The notes under the pieces: model-generated
Seen by the model: the letters and a program-made list of their open reading frames with translations, nothing else
What the model was told of the DNA's origin: nothing
Databases searched by the model: none
IMG/VR virus record: IMGVR_UViG_3300031890_000019
Span: 1 to 45,798 of that record
DNA: 45,798 bases
Reading direction: 5' to 3' (one strand)
DNA from: a virus
Taxonomy: Duplodnaviria; Caudoviricetes
Shown: one piece after another, positions 10,109 through 19,139 of the stretch
How positions within the stretch are numbered: the first letter of the stretch is position 1
Layout of the letters: each line of letters opens with the position of its first letter
Translations under genes and position numbers: made by a program

Positions 10109-10219
10109 CGGTAGAGAAGTGCAAAGTGCAGCAAGCGCCGCTCTAAGTCGGGCGGCGTCATGGTCGTGGGCTACTGCCACTGGACCAAAAACCTCTACTC
10201 AAACCAACGGAGAAGCGAA

Positions 10220-10456
10220 ATGCACGTTACCAAAGCAAACGTGACTAAAGCGAAACGCGCCGAGGCTAAGGCAGCCAAGGCCGTCGATGAACGGATCAAC
10301 CGCATCTACGTGCGGAATTGCTCCGGCATCCAGATCGACATCATGGACATCAGCAAGGTGTTCAAAGTCGGTCGCGAGGCCGTCAGCAAACATCCGGAAA
10401 TGAGTGTGTATCGCCAAAGGAAGGGGATAGCGGCAAGACAGGGAGCGCCGCGATGA
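10220..10456 (+). CDS. hypothetical protein
   Basis: AACGGAGAAGCGAAATG leader. Confidence 0.5.
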   Translation: MHVTKANVTKAKRAEAKAAKAVDERINRIYVRNCSGIQIDIMDISKVFKVGREAVSKHPEMSVYRQRKGIAARQGAPR

Positions 10457-10700
10457 CAACACTCGTTAACGAGCTGAGCATTCCCAACCTTGACGCCGCG
10501 ACGAATGATCCGGACGAGCGCTGGTGCATCTTGCCACCGCTCTTTCTGTCCTCGCCGCCTACGCAGACTGCAAGGCGATTGCCATGCGCTTTCGCCTTCG
10601 CGGTGAAATCGATACCGCACAGCGACATGAGAAGCGGTGCGACATGCTGTTCGACATGCTGCCGTCATCCTGGCGGTGGTGAACCAAACGGAGAAGAAAG

Positions 10701-10961
10701 ATGAGGAAAGTACTATCGCTTGCGCTCTTGGCAGCGGGCATCGTGTCTGCCAACGCGAATGACCTCTTAGACTGTATCGAACAAGCGGATTCCAACTATC
10801 ACAAAGCGTGGGTTCAGGCTTGCTACAGTCAGGAGGGCGGAGTGAACAACTTCAAAGGTTGTCTCCTTCCGCGCTACATCGCGGATCGCTTGAATAGTGA
10901 CCACAAGGAAGCTCGTGATTTCTGCTTCCAGGCGAACGCAGCGGGACTCACTGTCCGCTAA
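10701..10961 (+). CDS. small secreted protein with four cysteines
   Basis: Signal peptide MRKVLSLALLAAGIVSANA; four Cys in the mature part. Confidence 0.6.
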   Translation: MRKVLSLALLAAGIVSANANDLLDCIEQADSNYHKAWVQACYSQEGGVNNFKGCLLPRYIADRLNSDHKEARDFCFQANAAGLTVR

Positions 10962-11004
10962 AAAAAAGAGGGCCGGGGGCGGTGTCACTCGTTCCCGGCC
11001 CTTT
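10959..11004. terminator. probable bidirectional intrinsic terminator
   Basis: A-run + GAGGGCCGGG...CCCGGCCC + TTTT directly after a stop codon. Confidence 0.55.
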
Positions 11005-11141
11005 TACCCACCACCGTCCACGAAAAGGAAAGCCTCGCGGCTTTCACAACGGAGAAGTGGACGCGCGGGCTGTCGGGGTTGTTGTGGACACTCGCCGACT
11101 TGTCCGTAGAGCAATGAACCAACTTACCAACGGAGAACCCG

Positions 11142-11474
11142 ATGAGCAAGCGCGAACGAGTGGAATTACACTGGAGCGAGCGGCGTGAACTTGAGCGCAT
11201 CATTGATCGCTTTGGATTATCTCAGGCCAAGGTAGAACAAGCCCGCAGAACAATAGTTGCCACTTCCTCTGCGGATGAAATGCTCTCGGCCATCATTGAT
11301 TTGGTTGAATACCAATCAGCGCATTATGCTTGGAAAGCCTTGCGTGACACATCAAAATATCCCCAACGAATTGAAGGTTGCGCTGACGGATTGCGTGCAT
11401 TGCTGGAGTTTGACCTTCACCTTCTGCGCGAAGATCGTGTGGGATGCAAGCCCGGTGATCGTTCAGGCGATTAG
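11142..11474 (+). CDS. hypothetical protein
   Basis: AACGGAGAA RBS; 110-aa ORF. Confidence 0.5.
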   Translation: MSKRERVELHWSERRELERIIDRFGLSQAKVEQARRTIVATSSADEMLSAIIDLVEYQSAHYAWKALRDTSKYPQRIEGCADGLRALLEFDLHLLREDRVGCKPGDRSGD

Positions 11475-11485
11475 TGGGCTTGCAT

Positions 11486-11519
11486 TTAATTTGTGCAAGC
11501 ATAAAGACTCTGATAGAAT
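11486..11519 (+). promoter_or_regulatory. sigma70-type promoter overlapped by operator copy 2
   Basis: TTGTGC (11491)-N17-TAGAAT (11514) with extended TGn; TTAATTTGTGCAAGCATAAA covers the -35 element. Confidence 0.6.
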
Positions 11520-11555
11520 TTTTCTGTCAGTGAACCCAAACAACGGAGACGAAAG

Positions 11556-12431
11556 ATGAGTATCGATACGATCATCCGCTCGCGTGGCAACGACTCGCTC
11601 ACGCTTGAGGAAATGCAACGCCGGTTACCCGCGATCTTCGCGCCGCAGCCGCACGTGAGTCGCTCTGACCGCTACGTGTATGTCAGCACCGAAGACGTAA
11701 TGACGGCGCTGATGGAGAAGGGATTCGTGCCGGTCGAGGCGCGGGTCACTCGCTCCCGCGATCCGGATCGCAAGAACTACACCAAGCACATGGTCCGGAT
11801 GCGGCTCTTGGGCGAAACCGCCTTGGCCGTTGGGGATACCTTCCTTGAGGTAATTCTCCGCAACGCCCATGACGGCACCGCCGCTTACGACTTCATGGCG
11901 GGGCTGTTCAAGCTGCTGTGCCTGAATGGCATGGCCGTAGACGATGGCACCATCGCCAGCGTTCACATCCGCCATGCGGGCAACCGCGACCGGCAAATTC
12001 AGGCAGTGGTCGATGGTGCGTTTCAGATCGTTGAACACGCACCCCTTGCCTTGGAAGCTCCCAAGGTATGGCCGACCATCGAGCTGACCCGCGACGAGCA
12101 GATGGCCTTTGCCGAGTCGGCGAGGACCGTTCGCTTCGGTGACAAGGAAGGCAACGTGGACACTCCGATCACGGCGGAACAACTCTTGTATGTGCGCCGT
12201 GAGGCAGATCGCGGCACTGGCCCGAACGGACGCTCCGATCTGTGGCGCACGTTCAATGTCGTGCAGGAGAACACCGTCAAGGGCGGCCTCCACGCTCGCA
12301 TTCAGAACGACCGTGGCCGTTGGCGGAATATGTCCACACGTGAGGTCAAGTCAATCGACGGCGACCTCAAACTGAACCGCGCCTTGTGGCAACTCGCCAG
12401 TGAAATGGCAAAGCTGAAAGCAGCGGCGTAG
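11556..12431 (+). CDS. DUF932/DUF945 family protein
   Basis: PAIFA..PH.SRSDRYVYVST, KHMVRMR, ILRNAHDGT, AGLFKLLCLNG, DLWRTFNVVQEN, LNRALW motifs. Confidence 0.9.
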   Translation: MSIDTIIRSRGNDSLTLEEMQRRLPAIFAPQPHVSRSDRYVYVSTEDVMTALMEKGFVPVEARVTRSRDPDRKNYTKHMVRMRLLGETALAVGDTFLEVILRNAHDGTAAYDFMAGLFKLLCLNGMAVDDGTIASVHIRHAGNRDRQIQAVVDGAFQIVEHAPLALEAPKVWPTIELTRDEQMAFAESARTVRFGDKEGNVDTPITAEQLLYVRREADRGTGPNGRSDLWRTFNVVQENTVKGGLHARIQNDRGRWRNMSTREVKSIDGDLKLNRALWQLASEMAKLKAAA

Positions 12432-12617
12432 GAAGCGGCGAACCGAGGCGGTTTCCGTTTCTCCGTTGACCGCCCCGCAGCGCCAGCATGGTCCAACAGC
12501 CATGCGCGGCGCGGCCCGCCGAGAGTGGCCCTTTGGTCGGAGTTTGCCCTCCTAGCCAAAGCGGCCTTCCCGGCGGGCCACTTTTCTCAACGGAGATTCA
12601 AAACAACGGAGAATCCA

Positions 12618-12839
12618 ATGAGCGCGAATGACATTCCCGCCGACATTGCCGATGCGATCTACCGGCTGCGCTACGTCGACAAGCCGATGACGCGCATCGA
12701 GCGCGCATTCCTGTGTGGTGTGCTGTGCGCCATGCAAATGATGAACCTCTCTGAGAAACTAAAAACTCAGGAGGATGCCGACATGGCGCAGATCATACCA
12801 TTCCCCAAAAAACCAACGGAGCCCGACGATGCTGGTTGA
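12618..12839 (+). CDS. hypothetical protein
   Basis: AACGGAGAA RBS; AQIIPFP motif common in alphaproteobacterial phage proteins. Confidence 0.5.
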   Translation: MSANDIPADIADAIYRLRYVDKPMTRIERAFLCGVLCAMQMMNLSEKLKTQEDADMAQIIPFPKKPTEPDDAG

Positions 12840-12891
12840 TGAAATCCTTGCTGATACAAAGATGCCGGTGACAACTTAACCAAAACGGAGA

Positions 12892-13182
12892 ATGGCAATG
12901 ACAGCTTTCTGCACATGCCGGTGGTCGGTGGTCCACAGCACGGACATCGATCCACCGTACATCGTCAAGATCGATCCGGATTGTCCTCACCACGGACACG
13001 AGGCACCAGCCGAGCCCGATCCTGACGCGGAGTACGAGCGTATGCGTGACGACGAGCTGTTCAACATCGAAACCGGGGGACTGATCGATGAGGAAGTTTC
13101 TGATCTTGATGACACTACTGACGATGCCGGTAGAAGCACAGGCAAGGCATCACCACCGCAATCACCGGGGGACGACCTATGA
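12892..13182 (+). CDS. small Cys/His protein
   Basis: CTC...DPDCPHHG and DPDAEYERMRD motifs. Confidence 0.5.
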   Translation: MAMTAFCTCRWSVVHSTDIDPPYIVKIDPDCPHHGHEAPAEPDPDAEYERMRDDELFNIETGGLIDEEVSDLDDTTDDAGRSTGKASPPQSPGDDL

Positions 13183-13510
13183 TGCAGGCACCGTCGTATC
13201 GCATCCTCCTGGCTGTCCGTGGCACTCGTTTTGTGGGTGCGGCGTGTCAGTCGAGATATTCGGCCATCCAATTCGGGGCTTGTTCCTCGCCGCAAATTGG
13301 TTCCGGTTTCCGCGGGCAAACCCTGCACCTGGAATGGTTGCGGTTAGACACGGCCACGTCATGGCAATTAGGGCAGTCGATGGTAACGGAAATGCCACAG
13401 TGTATGACCCCAACTCCGGTCATCACCTGACCCGCATCCATCAACGCAGCCTGGCCGGATACACGATTGTCGATCCCAACGGCAATCGCGCTCTGGCACG
13501 TAAGGACTAA
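13088..13510 (+). CDS. secreted CHAP-like (Cys/His) protein, possible cell-wall hydrolase
   Basis: Signal peptide; FCGCG, LAANW, PAPGMVAV.HGHV, DPNSG arranged as in the CHAP/NlpC catalytic Cys-His pair. Confidence 0.55.
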   Translation: MRKFLILMTLLTMPVEAQARHHHRNHRGTTYDAGTVVSHPPGCPWHSFCGCGVSVEIFGHPIRGLFLAANWFRFPRANPAPGMVAVRHGHVMAIRAVDGNGNATVYDPNSGHHLTRIHQRSLAGYTIVDPNGNRALARKD

Positions 13511-13848
13511 CGACGATGCAATGCCTTCATCGCCCGTTCCCTGATTCCGCCGGGTCGGAAGCAGGGATCGGGCGGTGCTGGCACATATTTAATCCCGAGA
13601 ATCATTCTCCGGATCATTCCCTCAAGTTGTTTTATCCACTGGCGATGCTCGATACGTTCCCAATCGATTTGAGTTAACCGTCTCGCTGGTTTCCTCCCCA
13701 TAATCCCAATCCTTCGTTCTTAACTGTTCCGGAAAACTGATCTCAGTGATGATGTCGTAATGAGATTTGCCCTCGTGAAACCGGCACTTTAATTCTTCAT
13801 CTTGAGCGCGGCATTTCGCCACCAGATCATCCCAACTCCTCAGAACTT

Positions 13849-14187
13849 TCATTTTCTCCTCTCCTTTGCTTTAAGCCGTTGCCATGCCCTCTTGTTGCGT
13901 TCGGTACGAAGCTGCACCCATCGCTCAAAGTCCGGATCGTTGAGACAAACCGGATCACCACATTGGTCAGTTGTCGTTGGTTTGCCACCACCGAATAAAT
14001 CCTTGAAGGCATGGTAGGCATTGCCGTCTTTCTTGTTGTGGCTGCGATACCAATACAGCAGTGCTCGATAAAGGATCGGCGGGCTATAAATCGCCTGTAG
14101 CTGATCCCTTAGATTTTCAAATTCTGCGTTCTCGCTTTCCCGCCGCCAGGACCGCTCCGCTGGTCCGCCAAAACTCGGTAGCCACAT
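13849..14187 (-). CDS. hypothetical protein resembling the C-terminal tail of phage SF2 helicases
   Basis: LYRALLYW..SHNKKDGNAYHAFKDLFGGGKP; no helicase core present. Confidence 0.4.
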   Translation of the reverse strand: MWLPSFGGPAERSWRRESENAEFENLRDQLQAIYSPPILYRALLYWYRSHNKKDGNAYHAFKDLFGGGKPTTTDQCGDPVCLNDPDFERWVQLRTERNKRAWQRLKAKERRK

Positions 14188-14189
14188 TT

Positions 14190-14744
14190 TCAATCCTCCC
14201 CACGGTGCCACTTCTGATAAAGTTCTCTTACCGCCTTCACCGCCCGCACCCGGCAATTCCAAGACATGCGCTTGAACAGGTCGATGAACTGCGCCAGCAG
14301 TTCATCATCGTCGTCGGCTGCAGGGTAATTCTTCGGCGCAAAAAGGCGCGTCACCGGCTTATCCACCTTATCCACAGTTTCGCGCATCACGTGATGCGAG
14401 GCCCTATGCTTTTGATTTCTCTCTGTATTTTTTGCCCGAAGCTCGATGATTTTGGCTTCTGGTGCGAAGTCGCCTGCTATCTGCATGTATTGAGTAGCCG
14501 TCCGGCGGCTGATCCCATCGATCCTGATATTGTCCTCAAACCATTCCCACCACGTCGCCAACTCCCCCACAGCGCCACCTTCCACCGCCTCCCGCAAAGC
14601 TATGAGCGCCTTACCGGCTGCGATCTGCCTCCGGTTTCTTTCGCTTGTGGTTTCCTTCTCAAATTTACTTAGCGCTTCCAGCTTCCGGCGAGCTGACCTC
14701 AGAAGCTCCTCGAACGGTAGTTGAATTACCTTCGCGTCCGTCAT
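14190..14744 (-). CDS. DUF3102-like protein
   Basis: IAAGKALIALRE...WWEWFEDN...ISRRTATQYMQIA pattern. Confidence 0.55.
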   Translation of the reverse strand: MTDAKVIQLPFEELLRSARRKLEALSKFEKETTSERNRRQIAAGKALIALREAVEGGAVGELATWWEWFEDNIRIDGISRRTATQYMQIAGDFAPEAKIIELRAKNTERNQKHRASHHVMRETVDKVDKPVTRLFAPKNYPAADDDDELLAQFIDLFKRMSWNCRVRAVKAVRELYQKWHRGED

Positions 14745-15024
14745 GGCCGTTTCCTTCGTTGGTTAGTGTTGGCTCCTCAATCAGTGGTGGCGGCATCGGC
14801 CACAAGAAATTCAGCGTCCCGGCTTCATGAAGGGCATAGATCGCTTCATCCGGACCTATCGCCCCAGACTTGAGCGCGAGGCCAATGGTGTCGATTTCAT
14901 TAATGAGAAGTTTGATCCGCGCCCGCGCACAACGGAGCTGCGCCAACACGTATTTTTCAAAAGCGGCGTTGCGTTCAGGTGTTGGCACGGGGATTTTTGC
15001 CTTTAGCTCGCGGGTTGGTGCCAA
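14665..15024 (-). CDS. hypothetical protein
   Basis: Helical ORF in the minus-strand operon; start uncertain. Confidence 0.45.
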   Translation of the reverse strand: MAPTRELKAKIPVPTPERNAAFEKYVLAQLRCARARIKLLINEIDTIGLALKSGAIGPDEAIYALHEAGTLNFLWPMPPPLIEEPTLTNEGNGHDGREGNSTTVRGASEVSSPEAGSAK

Positions 15025-15307
15025 GCGCCCTTGAATTTATTCCAGCCTTTCGCTTCGGCCCGAGCGCTTTATGTTTTGGATACCTCTTAACCCACCGTTC
15101 TTGTTTTTTGCTCCACCAGATTTCCGGACGGACAACCTCGCCGGTTTGTGCGTAAGGTCTTTTATCCAGCCATCGATCTGCACGGTCTTTAGTTTCTGGT
15201 TCGCGTTTTTTGGCTACGCCGCTCCTTCCGCCGCGCCGATTCGTTGACCATTCATGCAAATCACGGGCACCTATCGCTTCTCCGGGTGGCAGTTTCTTAA
15301 TCTCCAT
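14975..15307 (-). CDS. basic hypothetical protein
   Basis: GGAG RBS; C-terminal NPRA repeats (NSRALGTNPRAKGKNPRA). Confidence 0.5.
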   Translation of the reverse strand: MEIKKLPPGEAIGARDLHEWSTNRRGGRSGVAKKREPETKDRADRWLDKRPYAQTGEVVRPEIWWSKKQERWVKRYPKHKALGPKRKAGINSRALGTNPRAKGKNPRANT

Positions 15308-15319
15308 CGCCTTCTCCCA

Positions 15320-15735
15320 TAGGTCACGCCCCGCTATACCCGGTACAGAGCTAGCGTTACGGCCTTCATGCGTATCCCAGGATGCTCTTTTATCGGGGAG
15401 CCACTCCGCCCGGTCTGTTGAGAAGCCAACAGCAGCTAGTCATCGATACCGTTGTTGTGTCCTGGTTGCCGTTCCGTCCTTTTCGGAACGCGGTCGGGGG
15501 AAGCCGCGCATGACCCCGTTGTTTCGCTGCGGGGCTTCCAGCGTAATAAGGCTTTAAGCGCTCTCAGTCGGCGTCTTAGCCGGGAGCACCGAGTAGTGGA
15601 TGGCCGGGATTTGGACTTGAAAAAAACTAGATTTTCTCGTATCTAGTTGATCTTCAAATCCGATCGGGGCTAACCATCATCGGATTTCGCGCCTCGCCCT
15701 TGGCATCCAAAAGGGGGCGGGGCGCAACCTTTTTA
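15320..15735. ncRNA. candidate structured non-coding RNA or origin region
   Basis: About 400 nt with no convincing ORF and many hairpins: CTGTTG/CAACAG, CGTTCCG/CGGAACG, CCCCG/CGGGG, AACTAGAT/ATCTAGTT, AAATCCGAT/ATCGGATTT, and a GC-rich stem before TTTTT. Confidence 0.35.
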
Positions 15736-15962
15736 GACTGATATGATTCGAGCGATTGGGCAAGCGGGTTTCCCCGCTATCCACTCCACAATATCGGGCA
15801 GGAAACCAAGCCCGCCCCGGCGGACGATAGGCTCACAATCGCCCACAAAGCCCCCGTCCGTGCGTTTTGTCCGAGAACTGGGGTACTTGCCCCAACCAGA
15901 GGCCCTAGCGGCCCCGTGTGGCAATCTCGTAAAATCCTGCCCTTCCCTGAGGAGCGCATCTA

Positions 15963-17393
15963 TTGCCCAAACGAGCAAAACCGCCGCAGCGCCTGCCGAC
16001 AACGCCTGAGTGGCCAGCCGCCAACGTCGAGATGTGGCCCCTTGCCCGCGTCAAGCCATACGAGCGCAACCCGCGCACGCATAGCGACGAGCAGATCAAT
16101 CTCATAGCGGCATCGATGCGCGAGGACGGCGTAATCGCGCCGATCATGGTGGATGAGAAGGATGAAATTCTCTATGGCCACGGCCGACGATTGGCGGCAC
16201 TCAAATGCGGATTCGAAACCTATCCGGTGATCGTGGCACGCGGCTATTCCGAGGCGCAAAAGAAAGCGATCCGCATCAAGGATAATCAACTAGCGTTACT
16301 AGCCGAATGGGATAGTGAATTGATGAAGCTCGAGCTGGGCGATCTGCGGCTCGCCGACTATGAACTCGGGCGGCTCGGCCTTCCCGAATTGGATCTCACA
16401 AATTTCATCGCTGGGGGCGGCGAATACGAGGAGTTGGACCGAGAAGTCGAATTACCAACCGCCGACGAGATTTATACAGCCGCTGGCGATATCTGGCATC
16501 TCGGGCGACATCGGCTCGTCTGTGGCGATTGCACGAATCAGGCGGTTGTCGCCAGCCTACTTGCTGGCGACAAGCCAAGGCTGATGGTGACTGATCCGCC
16601 TTATGGCGTGAACTATGATCCAGGATGGCGTTCGTCGCTCGATTCCATTTATCGAGCGACGAACGCCATTAATAATGACCATCAATCAAATTGGATCAAA
16701 GCGTGGAATCTTTTCGCCGGGAATGTCATCTATTGTTGGTACGCATCGCTTGATTTAACTGTACCGACTTCGCTGCAACAAGCGGGCTTTGTTGCTCGAT
16801 CCCAAATTATTTGGGCAAAGCCAGCCTTTGCTATAAGCAGAGGTGATTATCATTGGCAGCATGAAACGTGCCTTTATTGCGTTAGAAAGAATAAAAGCGC
16901 TGATTGGAACGGCGATAGAACGCAAGCTACTATTTGGGAAATAGATAACAATACTTTTCAGCGCCACGCGAAGCAACTAGACGACATGAGGACAAAACAC
17001 GGCAGCCAAAAACCTATCCAATGCATGGCGCGGCCCATGCGAAATAACTCGCGAATAGGCGAATATGTCTATGATCCGTTCCTCGGCTCGGGGACTTCCA
17101 TCATCGCCGCAGAGACTTTGGATCGCCGCTGTCTCGGCATCGAAATCAATCCGGCGTATGTCCAGGTGGCCATCGAGCGATGGGAAAAAATGACCGGCAA
17201 GGCAGCGACGCTTGACGGCAAAACAACGGAGCAGGTTCGTGAGACTCGTAATACTCGAATCGCCGTACCAGGGCGCAACGCCGGCACAGCGAAGAAGAAA
17301 CCGAAAGTACGCCGCGCGGGCGATGCTCGACAGTCTAGCAAGGGGCGAGTCGCCATTCGCCAGCCACCTGCTATGGCCGGGGATTCTCGATGA
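15963..17393 (+). CDS. ParB-like N-terminal domain fused to N6/N4 DNA methyltransferase
   Basis: PYERNPRTH, GHGRRLAA, IKDNQL (ParB/Srx-like); HRLVCGDCT, TDPPYG, HGSQKP, YDPFLGSGT, GIEINPAY (beta-class MTase). Confidence 0.9.
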   Translation: MPKRAKPPQRLPTTPEWPAANVEMWPLARVKPYERNPRTHSDEQINLIAASMREDGVIAPIMVDEKDEILYGHGRRLAALKCGFETYPVIVARGYSEAQKKAIRIKDNQLALLAEWDSELMKLELGDLRLADYELGRLGLPELDLTNFIAGGGEYEELDREVELPTADEIYTAAGDIWHLGRHRLVCGDCTNQAVVASLLAGDKPRLMVTDPPYGVNYDPGWRSSLDSIYRATNAINNDHQSNWIKAWNLFAGNVIYCWYASLDLTVPTSLQQAGFVARSQIIWAKPAFAISRGDYHWQHETCLYCVRKNKSADWNGDRTQATIWEIDNNTFQRHAKQLDDMRTKHGSQKPIQCMARPMRNNSRIGEYVYDPFLGSGTSIIAAETLDRRCLGIEINPAYVQVAIERWEKMTGKAATLDGKTTEQVRETRNTRIAVPGRNAGTAKKKPKVRRAGDARQSSKGRVAIRQPPAMAGDSR

Positions 17394-17589
17394 TGCCGAT
17401 CCGCTTGAGCGGCACAAGGGAATAGAAGCCAGCCTAGAATGGCTGCGCGTGGCATCGGCCACGGTCGTCTATAAAGACTTGGGTATCACCGATGGAATGA
17501 AGATCGGCATTAGCAGGGCGCAAATGCTTAATAAGCCGATAGAGTACCGCAGCATCGCCGCTATCCACGCTTTAACTGCTGCTCGATGA
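17239..17589 (+). CDS. DUF4406-like / nucleoside-deoxyribosyltransferase-fold protein
   Basis: RLVILESPY.G, GESPFASHLL, ER..GI, VVY.DLGI..GM motifs; GTG start after AACGGAG; overlaps the MTase 3' end by 155 nt. Confidence 0.7.
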   Translation: MRLVILESPYQGATPAQRRRNRKYAARAMLDSLARGESPFASHLLWPGILDDADPLERHKGIEASLEWLRVASATVVYKDLGITDGMKIGISRAQMLNKPIEYRSIAAIHALTAAR

Positions 17590-17884
17590 ATGACAGGTCT
17601 TTCGCGCACTGTCGCAGCACGCTTTTCACCTGCTGAATAGAAGCTACACTGTCATTGGCGTCGCCGTTGCGCAGCCATTCCGGTTTGCACGCCAAGATTT
17701 CCGCCAATGCGGCAATATATTTTTGCTTCGGCAGCACAAAGCCGTGTTCCCAATTCGAATAAGCCTGGCGGGTGACTTCGAGATCTAACTCCTTTAGCTC
17801 CGCGATAATATCAACCGCCTTGAGCTTCTGCTTGACGCGGGTGCGTTGCAGCCGCCGCGCAAATTCCGCCTGCCTGACGATCAC
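17561..17884 (-). CDS. XRE-family HTH transcription regulator
   Basis: RRLQRTR...VTRQAYSNWEHG..LP.....LAEILACKPEWL. Confidence 0.85.
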   Translation of the reverse strand: MIVRQAEFARRLQRTRVKQKLKAVDIIAELKELDLEVTRQAYSNWEHGFVLPKQKYIAALAEILACKPEWLRNGDANDSVASIQQVKSVLRQCAKDLSFIEQQLKRG

Positions 17885-18567
17885 AGCAGTCCTCCAGCCT
17901 CACGGTGCAGCCAGCCCATCTTCGGCTCGCGGCCAATGTGCCAGCCGCGCTTAAAGACCAGCCAGCAATAATCCTGTGTCCCGCCGCCGACCTTCCCGCC
18001 AGCCAGAATGTGATCCGCTGTCGGCATTGATGGCCTTGGTGTCAGCAGCCAGACCGTGGCGAGCGGCAGCTTTTCCAGCCAGGTCGCCGCTGGAAGCCGC
18101 CGCACCGGACAGATCATGGCGACCTTGCTGAGGATCACGCTGCTGCGCATGACCTCACATGCCCGCTCGATGAACTCCTGCATGAGATTGAACGGCGGAT
18201 TTGAGACGATCCCGCCGATAGGCGGCCAGTAGGCCGGTCCCAAGAAATCGCGCTCGTAGTAACACTGCGGATGCCGACGCACGATGTCGCCGCCTACTGC
18301 CGTAAAGCCCGTCCGCTCCGCCGCCTCGGTAATACGGCACCACCCGCAGGCCGGATCGAGGATCACGCCCTTGAACGGCTCGACCGCGAACAGCCGTTCG
18401 GAAACCCATTCCGGTTCGACGTAATGATCGTGCTGGTCGCGGTCGAAGATGTGGCTATCGCGTTTCCGCAAAGAGCGGCGTGACGAGATGGGCGATTCTG
18501 GGGTTGGCGAGTCCGCAGGCGTAGGACCATCCGGCATAGGCGTCTCCTTCGTGCTCATTCTTGGCAT
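17881..18567 (-). CDS. DNA N6-adenine methyltransferase-like protein
   Basis: D.YVEPEW, ILDPACG, GDI, DFL, IVSNPPF, YCWLVF motifs. Start uncertain. Confidence 0.8.
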   Translation of the reverse strand: MPRMSTKETPMPDGPTPADSPTPESPISSRRSLRKRDSHIFDRDQHDHYVEPEWVSERLFAVEPFKGVILDPACGWCRITEAAERTGFTAVGGDIVRRHPQCYYERDFLGPAYWPPIGGIVSNPPFNLMQEFIERACEVMRSSVILSKVAMICPVRRLPAATWLEKLPLATVWLLTPRPSMPTADHILAGGKVGGGTQDYCWLVFKRGWHIGREPKMGWLHREAGGLL

Positions 18568-19003
18568 CGATCTTGAGCATCCGGCACGTTCGCATGACCG
18601 CTTCCTTGCCGAGGCTTTTCCCGGCCTTGGTCCGCCCGTGCGCCCGCTGTCCGGTTAAGTGCTGCCGCGCATCCTGTACCGAAAAATTATTTATGTCCAC
18701 AATGCTAGCACGAACTGCGCACACCTCTAGGATGGCAACGGCTCCATGCAGCAGCGTGATGGTGTCGTCGTTGACGCCGATTTTGTTGGCGACGGCGACA
18801 TTCATTGGTTTTTCGTAGCGCACCTGATCGATGTGGTTGTCCGCGAAAAAGCCGCGCAGTTTCGTATAAAACCACGCCAGCCGTTCAGGGCGGCTCTGGC
18901 CTCCCTCACGCATATCAATGGTGAACAGGCGCGGCGTGCCGCCGACCGGCCCAAAACAGACGCCGGTTACTGTTGCGATGTCGAAGGCGGCGATGATCGG
19001 CAT
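18455..19003 (-). CDS. RuvC-like Holliday junction resolvase
   Basis: IAAFDIATVTG, YEKP, K..V, NEHEGDA acidic RNase H-fold pattern. Confidence 0.7.
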   Translation of the reverse strand: MPIIAAFDIATVTGVCFGPVGGTPRLFTIDMREGGQSRPERLAWFYTKLRGFFADNHIDQVRYEKPMNVAVANKIGVNDDTITLLHGAVAILEVCAVRASIVDINNFSVQDARQHLTGQRAHGRTKAGKSLGKEAVMRTCRMLKIDAKNEHEGDAYAGWSYACGLANPRIAHLVTPLFAETR

Positions 19004-19139
19004 TTTCGTCGCTCCTCTAGTTTCTCCATCAGATAGCGGAACCAAGCATCGGCGCTGCGTTTTGGCGGCGCGTCCAATGGCTCCGCCATCGCCTGCTTAA
19101 GTAACTCGAGCCTTCGCTCGAGGTCGTCGCTCTGGTCTG

